A DNA stretch of 64,000 nucleotides, taken from positions 41,641 to 105,640 of the forward strand of contig JBHIAV010000004.1 in assembly GCA_046758745.1 (NCBI GenBank), in the 5' to 3' direction. Shown here piece by piece: positions 57,590 through 64,000 of this stretch (position 1 is the stretch's first letter; each line of letters opens with the position of its first letter). The notes under the pieces were generated by a model that saw only the letters and a program-made list of their open reading frames with translations, had not been told where the DNA came from and searched no databases. The translations under genes were made by a program, and so were the position numbers. Origin of the DNA: Gemmatimonadota bacterium (lineage in GTDB: Bacteria > Gemmatimonadota > Gemmatimonadetes > Palauibacterales > Palauibacteraceae).

Positions 57590-58762
57590 CTAGCCGCGAT
57601 CGACCGGAGCGGCCGCCTCGAGGATCTCCATCACACGGTCGACGGGCAAGGCTTCTGCACGATGTCCACGCCAGCCGGTGACCGTCGTCGCGCGAAAGAG
57701 AGAGTTGAGAACCGCTTCCTCGGTGGCCTCCATCGCTGCGATGAAAAGCGCCGAAAGCACGGACCCCGGAGGGATGATCGGGTCTCCGCGGTGAGTGGAA
57801 AACGCGATCGCGTAATCGCCCGAGCCGTGGGACATGGCGGAGCCGGTCCGCGCCACGCCATGCATCGTGCGAGCCGCCAGGCGCTCGAGCTCGCGGTGAG
57901 CCAGCGGGGCGTCCGTGGCGACCACGATCATGACCGAGCCGTCCCGGTCGTCGCGAGAGCCCGACCTCCTCCGTGGGGGGGGGCGGACCCCTCGCCCCAC
58001 CGGCACCCCCCCGCGTGGGTGGGCGCGAAGCCGACGACCCACGGGCACTCCGGCGATCGTGAGCTCGCCGCCGAAGTTCGACTGCACGAGCACGCCGACG
58101 GTGAAGCCGCCCAGGCGGCCAGAGATGACGCGAGAGGAGGTGCCGATCCCACCTTTCCACCCGAGGGCGCGAGTACCGGTGCCAGCACCAACACTCCCTT
58201 CCTCGACGACCCCCGGAGAGGCGGCGCGCAGCGCCTCGCGGACGTGTTCCGGCGCGATCGGTCGGGCGCGTATGTCGCTGAGATAGCCGTCGTTGGTCTC
58301 GCCCACGAGCGGGTTGATGGAGATCACCTCGGCGTTCTCCGGTAGCCGGAGCAGCGTGTCTACCAGGGCGTCGGCGGCGCGGAATACGCTGAGGGTACCG
58401 GTGAGGAGGATCGGCGTTTCGAGCTCTCCGAGCTCGGACACTTGGCTGAGACCGACCAGCTTTCCGAAGCCGTTTCCTACGTAGACCGCGGCTCGGACCT
58501 TGTCACGGAAGAGGTTTCCCGGGTGAGGTAGGATGGCCGTGACACCCGTGCGGATCGAATCGCCCACGATCACCGTGCGGTGGCCGACCCGGACTTCGCC
58601 GACGTCGGTGATCGCGTTCAGGGGACCGCTCGGAAGTCGGCCGATGATGATACCGAGATCGCGCACCCCAGGGCGGCGCTCCTGACCGGAAGAGACCGGC
58701 GCTGAGATAAGGAGCGAGATCGCTGCGGCTACCAGCGCCGCGCGCCCGCGGGACGCCCTCAA
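57590..58762 (-). CDS. DmpA/P1 (S58) family aminopeptidase
   Basis: NAITDV, TGVTAI, NGFGK, ETNDG, EGSVGAGTG, DGSV (Gly-Ser autocleavage) and HGSGD motifs; signal peptide. Confidence 0.92.
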   Translation of the reverse strand: MRASRGRAALVAAAISLLISAPVSSGQERRPGVRDLGIIIGRLPSGPLNAITDVGEVRVGHRTVIVGDSIRTGVTAILPHPGNLFRDKVRAAVYVGNGFGKLVGLSQVSELGELETPILLTGTLSVFRAADALVDTLLRLPENAEVISINPLVGETNDGYLSDIRARPIAPEHVREALRAASPGVVEEGSVGAGTGTRALGWKGGIGTSSRVISGRLGGFTVGVLVQSNFGGELTIAGVPVGRRLRAHPRGGVPVGRGVRPPPRRRSGSRDDRDGSVMIVVATDAPLAHRELERLAARTMHGVARTGSAMSHGSGDYAIAFSTHRGDPIIPPGSVLSALFIAAMEATEEAVLNSLFRATTVTGWRGHRAEALPVDRVMEILEAAAPVDRG

Positions 58763-58797
58763 GCGGAGGAGACTCCGACGATCAACGGTCGCGGGCG

Positions 58798-60687
58798 TCA
58801 GGGCCGGTCGCAGCCGGTCTGTGCGAACAGCCGTTCCACGTCCTGCACGCCCTCGTACAGCCTGCTGTCCCTGGCCACCCGGTCACTGTCCAGGGGAGCA
58901 TCGACCCTCGCCTTGCCGTTCGCGTTGTAATCGATCCAGGCGTCTTCCACGCGAACGTACACGGCCTGAAGCTCCGAGCAGGTCACGCGGCCCGCATCGA
59001 AGCTCACGGTTACGCCGTAGTAGCGGCTGATCGCCTCGACCATCGCGTCGCTGAGCAGGTCGAGCCTCCCCAACACCCCGCCGACAGATGCGGCCGTGGC
59101 TCCCGCCGCCTCGCCGGAGAGCGCCTCCCCGTCGTCCTCTGAGCCAGACGCCGCGCCGGGCATCTCGGCAGCGGTCTGCGGTGCCTCGAGCTGCTGGGTC
59201 ACCGACGGAGCGGCTGGAGAAACTCCGCTCTCGGCGCCGGGGCCCGTCCCTCGGACGACGGCGACCAGACTCACCACGACCACGACGACGACGAGCACGC
59301 TCGCCGCGATGAGCGCCGCTTGGCGGGCCCACAGCGGCCGCCGCGTCCGTGGCTCCGCGGTGACGACGAGCGGCGGCGCCGTGGGAGCAGGCCGCGCAGG
59401 TGGAGCTGGCCCCCCTCGGACCGCCGCCCTTTCGTCAGCTCCCGCGTCTTCGAGGGCGACCGCCGGACGGGGTCCCGCCGTCCTGGCTCGCGCTCGCGCC
59501 ATCGCCCGTTCCTCCGCCTCCCGGGCGGCCCGGCGGGCCGCCTCTTCCTCGGCCGCCTTCCGAGCCGCCTCCGCCTCGGCCGCCTTCCGAGCCGCCTCCG
59601 CCGCGGCCGCTTTCCGAGCCGCCTCTGCCGCGGCCGCTTTCCGGGCCGCCTCTGCCTCGGCCGCCTTCCGAGCCGCCTTCTCCTCGGCCGCCTTCCGAGC
59701 CGCCTTCTCTTCGGCCGCCTTCCCCTCGGCCACCTTCCGGGCCGCCTCCGCCTTGGCCGCCTTCCGAGCCGCCTCTGCCGCGGCGGCGGCAGGAGGTTCC
59801 TTTGCCAGCACGGGGACTTCCTCCGCCGCCCGTGAGCCTTCCACCACCAGCGTCTCGCGCTCGGCGGCGGCTTGCGCCGGCGTCTCCGCCCGCGACGTAG
59901 CTACGGGCTCGGCTGCGACCTCGGCCTCCGGTTCCAGTGCCGGCGCAGGAGGCTCCGGCCTCGGCGACGGCTCGCGGACGACCGAATCCTCGGTGGAGAC
60001 GTTGGTCCAATCCAGCCGGGAACGTTTCAGACCCTTCCCGCGCAGGGATTCCGTCGTCACAAGCTCGTAGAACGGGAGAGCGCGGGAACCGGACAAGCCT
60101 TTGGCGGTCCGGCGGAAGAAGCCGCCCCGGGGATCGGCATGGTCGGTGACCACCAGAACGGCGCTCTGCCACGGCTCTCCGAAATGTCGTTCGTGAGTGG
60201 CGACGTCGCTCTCCGTCAGTTCGGCCGGGCCGTCCGAGTGTCGGTGATACCACCCGACCAGGATTCCGCGGCGGCGGTCGACCTCCAGCTGGAGAGCCAT
60301 GCGAGCCTCGGCAGAGATCTGGTGGGGCGAGTCCTCCGCGAACGGGAGCCGCGAGCGAACCACCGTGCTGACGAGCACATAGCGTGACTCGGCATCGGGG
60401 TCTTCACACAGGTCCCCGACGAGAAAGCCGAAGGGCTCCTCCCCGAGCGGTGTCCTCCATACGTGGTCCAGCAGGTCCTCGAGCGCCTGCTGCATGAAGA
60501 AGACCTCGTAGGCGCCCAGGCGATCGCTGTGCGGAACGCTCGGGATGGGCGTCCAATGAATGCTCCTGAGGAGCGGACGCGGCTTCCAGATGTGGAAAGC
60601 GCCAGGGCTGGGCTCGCCGCCGTGCGGACCGCGCGTTCCCGTCCACGTCGGTGTATTCTCGCTGGCGTCCTCGGCCATCATCTCCAC
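58798..60687 (-). CDS. JAB/MPN-domain protein with Ala/Lys/Glu repeat stalk, one TM helix and a C-terminal extracytoplasmic domain
   Basis: EEPFGFLVG...VGWYHRHSDGPAELTESD...HF.EPWQ (JAMM-like motif), AARKAA repeats and TM AALIAASVLVVVVVVVSLVAVV. Start may be ATG 60681 or 60678. Confidence 0.8.
   Translation of the reverse strand: MEMMAEDASENTPTWTGTRGPHGGEPSPGAFHIWKPRPLLRSIHWTPIPSVPHSDRLGAYEVFFMQQALEDLLDHVWRTPLGEEPFGFLVGDLCEDPDAESRYVLVSTVVRSRLPFAEDSPHQISAEARMALQLEVDRRRGILVGWYHRHSDGPAELTESDVATHERHFGEPWQSAVLVVTDHADPRGGFFRRTAKGLSGSRALPFYELVTTESLRGKGLKRSRLDWTNVSTEDSVVREPSPRPEPPAPALEPEAEVAAEPVATSRAETPAQAAAERETLVVEGSRAAEEVPVLAKEPPAAAAAEAARKAAKAEAARKVAEGKAAEEKAARKAAEEKAARKAAEAEAARKAAAAEAARKAAAAEAARKAAEAEAARKAAEEEAARRAAREAEERAMARARARTAGPRPAVALEDAGADERAAVRGGPAPPARPAPTAPPLVVTAEPRTRRPLWARQAALIAASVLVVVVVVVSLVAVVRGTGPGAESGVSPAAPSVTQQLEAPQTAAEMPGAASGSEDDGEALSGEAAGATAASVGGVLGRLDLLSDAMVEAISRYYGVTVSFDAGRVTCSELQAVYVRVEDAWIDYNANGKARVDAPLDSDRVARDSRLYEGVQDVERLFAQTGCDRP
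59551..59781 (-). repeat. Coding tandem repeat, 27-bp unit (AARKAAxxE), about 8 copies
   Basis: GGCCGCCTTCCGAGCCGCCTCCGCCTC-type units in tandem on the plus strand. Confidence 0.9.
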
Positions 60688-61004
60688 CGGTGATCAGGAG
60701 TACGGGCGGCGTCCGTCTCGAAATCGCACGCAGACGAAACGGGCTGACGGCATGCCGGCCTGGCAGACGCCAATCGTCCTGGCGAACGGCGTACAACGCT
60801 GCGCGTCGCGTTCCCGGCTCGCGTCGGGAGCGCGGAGAGCGCAACGAGCCGAGCGGCTCGCCGCTGTGTCACCTATAATCTTTAAAGATGAAAACAAGCA
60901 ACAAGTGCGGCAAGTGCAAGAGCTGGGCGCAAATCGACCACCGCCAGGCCTCAAGCCGGCTTCCGCCTCGCAGGGCCCTTGCTAGGCGACACGTACGGCG
61001 GCGG

Positions 61005-61169
61005 TTAGAAGAGCTCGTCGTTGACCGCGTTGAAGATATTCTGGATCGTCGGGCCGAGCAGACGAACGGCTGCGATGACGACGATCGCGATGAGGGCCAG
61101 CAGGATCGCGTACTCCGCCAAATCCTGACCGGAATCGTCCTCCCACAGGGTAGCGAGGGGTACCAGCAT
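61005..61169 (-). CDS. flp: Flp/Fap type IVb (Tad) pilin
   Basis: MLVPLATLWEDDSG-QDLAEYAILLALIAIVVIAAV... shows the G cleavage site with E+5 and Y+6; SD GGAGGT. Confidence 0.92.
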   Translation of the reverse strand: MLVPLATLWEDDSGQDLAEYAILLALIAIVVIAAVRLLGPTIQNIFNAVNDELF

Positions 61170-61221
61170 ACGTACCTCCGGCGTTAGGCCAAGCACGGAG
61201 AAGCTTGGACCGATGTGGGTG

Positions 61222-61237
61222 TGCGAGAGGCGTGCCA
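61222..61237 (-). promoter_or_regulatory. sigma54 (-24/-12) promoter of flp
   Basis: TGGCACG-CCTC-TCGCA with exact GG-N10-GC spacing, 52 nt upstream of the ATG. Confidence 0.65.
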
Positions 61238-61402
61238 GCCCTGCCAGCGCGCGCGCCATGAACTTGAAAGCCTTTTCGCGGGACGAAGTTAGACCAGCGC
61301 CGCGAATTCAGGTTCTCACGCTCGTCATCCGTACCGTTGCGGACGTTCAGCACAGGTCCGTTGCCGAAGCGGAGTGAGCGGCGCCGGTGACTGTAGAGCG
61401 CC

Positions 61403-62272
61403 TCACACCCGCTCCGCCGCCCTCACGGCCCTGGAGTGCCGACCCTCCTTGGCGAGCGTCGCTCGCGCCACGGCCGAAGTTCCGTACAGGCCGACCGCGA
61501 GGAGGATGATGAAGGGACCCGTCGGGACGTTGACTCCGAAGGAAGCGGAGAGCCAGTAGGAGAGGAAGAGGCCCGAAGTGATGCAGAGAGCCCCGATCAC
61601 GGCCGCGAGAATCATCATCCGGAGCAGGTCCTCGGACCAGTGCCGGGCGATCGCCGCCGGCACCGAGAGCAACGCGATCACCAGGATGACGCCTACCACA
61701 CGAATGAGCGTGACCACGGCGAGCGCCGTGAGGGCGAGAAGCAGGAGGAAGATACGGCCGACCGGCACCCCGACGACCTCCCCGAACTCCGGATCGAAAG
61801 CCACCGTCTGGAGCTCCCTGAAGAGGAGCGCCACGGCGCTCAGGATGACGAGGTCGAGGGCCGCGACCATGAGAAGGTACCCGGTCGGAACGAACAGGAT
61901 GTTGCCGAACAGATACGTCATCAGATCCGGCGCGTAGCCAGGCCGAACGGCGACGAAGAGGATCCCCAGGGCCATTCCGACCGCCCACACCGTCGCGATC
62001 AGCGTGTCCAGTCCCTGTCGCAGCCTCCGCTCGGCGACGCCTATTCCGAGGGCCGATAGAAGGCCGAAGCCGAGAGCGCCGAGCATCGGATCGAACCCGA
62101 GCAGATAGCCGAGCCCCACGCCGCCGAACGCCGCGTGAGACAGGCCACCGGAGATGGAGGCAATCCGTCGGACGACCACGTAGGTCCCGATCACGCCGCA
62201 CGCCACGCTGGCCAGGAGGCCGGCGATCAGGGCCCGCTGGAAGAAGGAGAAGTGGAGGGCCTCCAGGATCAC
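61403..62272 (-). CDS. znuB: Zn/Mn ABC transporter permease
   Basis: LSHAAFGG, YLFGNIL, AFDPEF and VGVILVIALL motifs. GTG start at 62272. Confidence 0.9.
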   Translation of the reverse strand: MILEALHFSFFQRALIAGLLASVACGVIGTYVVVRRIASISGGLSHAAFGGVGLGYLLGFDPMLGALGFGLLSALGIGVAERRLRQGLDTLIATVWAVGMALGILFVAVRPGYAPDLMTYLFGNILFVPTGYLLMVAALDLVILSAVALLFRELQTVAFDPEFGEVVGVPVGRIFLLLLALTALAVVTLIRVVGVILVIALLSVPAAIARHWSEDLLRMMILAAVIGALCITSGLFLSYWLSASFGVNVPTGPFIILLAVGLYGTSAVARATLAKEGRHSRAVRAAERV

Positions 62273-62277
62273 GCCCC

Positions 62278-63093
62278 TCACTCCACGCCGTGGTCGCCCA
62301 GCACCCGGTGCGGGTGCCCATGCGCGACCAGCTCCACCGGGCAGCCGTACGCCGCCTCCAGCATCTCGGCGGTCAGCTCCCTCGAGTGATGATAGTAGAA
62401 CCGGCGGTTGAGGCAGGCGATCGTCTTCACGTGGCGGGAGATGACGCCGATGTCGTGCGAGACGAGCACCACCGTGATCTCTCGGGCAAGCTCGTCCAGG
62501 AGCTCGTACACGCTCCGCCCGACCTGGGTGTCGACGCTCGCCGTCGGCTCGTCGAGCAGGAGGATGCGCGGCTCGACCGCCAGGGCGCGTGCGATCAGGA
62601 CGCGCTGGAGCTGACCTCCCGAGAGACGTCCGATCTGCCGATCGGCGAGGTCGGCCATGAGGACCCTGTCGAGCGCGCGCAGGGCCGTTTCCCGATCGGC
62701 CGTCCCGAAGAAGCGCGGGGCGCGGCGCCACCCGAGACGGCCCATCAGCACCGTGTCGAGGACGCTGATCGGAAAGTCCGAGTCGAAGCGGGCGTACTGC
62801 GGCACGTATCCGATCTCGCCCCTCCCGTCGGCCGGTCTCCGGCCGAAGATCCGGATCTTCCCGCGGTCGGGCTCGAGGAGCCCCAAGATGAGCTTCAACA
62901 GGGTCGTCTTGCCGCCACCGTTCGGTCCGATGATGCCTAGGAAGTCACCCTCCTCGAGGGCCAGGTCCACGTCCTCCAAGACGAGCACGTCGCGGTAGGA
63001 GAACCAGACGTCCCGGAGCTCGATGGCGGGGACCGCAGCCCCGGACGCCTCGCCGCTCGCCGGAGGAAGGACCGGATCCCCCCCCGCCCTCAT
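62278..63093 (-). CDS. znuC: Zn/Mn ABC transporter ATPase
   Basis: GPNGGGKTT, YVPQ, LSGGQ and LDEP motifs with a His-rich C-terminus. Confidence 0.92.
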   Translation of the reverse strand: MRAGGDPVLPPASGEASGAAVPAIELRDVWFSYRDVLVLEDVDLALEEGDFLGIIGPNGGGKTTLLKLILGLLEPDRGKIRIFGRRPADGRGEIGYVPQYARFDSDFPISVLDTVLMGRLGWRRAPRFFGTADRETALRALDRVLMADLADRQIGRLSGGQLQRVLIARALAVEPRILLLDEPTASVDTQVGRSVYELLDELAREITVVLVSHDIGVISRHVKTIACLNRRFYYHHSRELTAEMLEAAYGCPVELVAHGHPHRVLGDHGVE

Positions 63094-63157
63094 CGAGGTG
63101 CCTCCCGGTAATGCGGCGGGGCGGCCGGCGCGATCGCGGCCTGGCCGGAGCGGGAGT

Positions 63158-64000
63158 TCATCGCCGGAACGCCTCCTCGAACGCGGCCGCCGCCTGCCTC
63201 AGGCTGGCCGGCCAGTCACCGGCCAGCGGATCGAGAGCCACGACCGTTCCCCCGATCTCGCGCGCCACCAGCTCGGCGTTCGTGCGGGGAAACTGGGGCT
63301 GCACGAACACGACGCGAATCCCTTCGGCTCGCGCCCGCTCGATCAGCTCGCCGAGCTCGTGCGTGCCCGGCTCGACCGCCCCGCGCTGGATCGCCACCTG
63401 ACGGAGGCCGTAGTCGGCCGCGAAATGGCCCCACGCGGGGTGGAAGACCAGGAATGTCTCCCCGCGGTACGGCGCCAGTCGGTCCCGGATCTCGGCATCC
63501 AGCTCCTCGACCTCCGCCTCGAAGGCCGCCAGCTCCGTGCGGATCCGCTCCGCCGCCGCCGGAAGCGCCTCCGCGAGCGCGCGAGCGACCTGCGAGGCCA
63601 TACTGCGGACGCACACCGGCGAGAGCCACACGTGCGGGTCGTCCACCTCCCGGCGACATCCCTCCGATCCGTCGATGACGACCAGGCCCGGGTTCGCCTC
63701 GATCAGCCGATCCAGCCACGCCCGCTCCCAGGCGAAGTTCGGGTGGCCGATCTTCACGTAGAGCGTCGCCTCGGAGACAGCGCGGAGCTGCTCGATGGTG
63801 GGCTCGTACGTGGCAGGGCTCCCGCCGGGGGGAATCATCACCGCCACGTCGGCCGTCCCGCCGGACACCCGGTCCACCACGTAGGCCTGCGGCAGCACGG
63901 AGACGACCACGCCGATGCGCGGGGACTCCGGCGAAGCCGTCGAGCACCCGAGAGCGAGGGCCGAGCATCCAAGGGCGAGGGCCGACCGCCCGAGGGCGAG
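63158..64000 (-). CDS. znuA: Zn/Mn ABC transporter substrate-binding lipoprotein (5' end beyond right edge)
   Basis: SPATYEP, DPHVWLSP, FHPAWGHF and LDPL motifs. The frame is open to the window edge with a LALG-C lipobox. Confidence 0.88.
   Translation of the reverse strand, partial: LALGRSALALGCSALALGCSTASPESPRIGVVVSVLPQAYVVDRVSGGTADVAVMIPPGGSPATYEPTIEQLRAVSEATLYVKIGHPNFAWERAWLDRLIEANPGLVVIDGSEGCRREVDDPHVWLSPVCVRSMASQVARALAEALPAAAERIRTELAAFEAEVEELDAEIRDRLAPYRGETFLVFHPAWGHFAADYGLRQVAIQRGAVEPGTHELGELIERARAEGIRVVFVQPQFPRTNAELVAREIGGTVVALDPLAGDWPASLRQAAAAFEEAFRR

Overview
High-GC bacterial chromosomal window made up almost entirely of housekeeping genes. Gene order and protein style suggest Gemmatimonadota, which is an inference. 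From left to right it carries: a nuoA-B-CD-E-F-G-H-I-J-K-L-M-N complex I operon on the minus strand (nuoN cut by the left edge); dcd; a REC/HD-GYP protein; mdh; moaD-moaE-moaA; a class I aminotransferase; carA, sppA and an IHF/HU gene; rnhA; a long minus-strand run (citrate synthase, pepA, outer-membrane protein, yicC, gmk, rpoZ, coaBC, udg, dnaB, radA, ispD, tsaC, LMW phosphatase, aroE, comF, gap, pgk, tpiA, secG); DUF1028; rocD; a cyclophilin; two plsC-like genes; acnA; ETF-QO; nhaA; dmpA; a JAB-domain membrane protein; an orphan Flp pilin; and znuABC (znuA cut by the right edge). No rRNA, tRNA, IS element, prophage or CRISPR array was seen. The most notable unexplained signals are: (1) three tandem 93-94 bp degenerate copies of the nuoD 3' end between nuoCD and nuoE; (2) a membrane-anchored JAB/JAMM metalloprotease with a repeat stalk next to a sigma54-type Flp pilin; (3) a ~150-nt 6S-like rod-shaped RNA candidate; (4) a switch-like 5' leader on the aminotransferase gene; (5) an RNase HI with rearranged catalytic acids; (6) an unannotated 35-aa membrane microprotein. 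All calls come from reading the sequence and motifs by eye, and no database searches were run.
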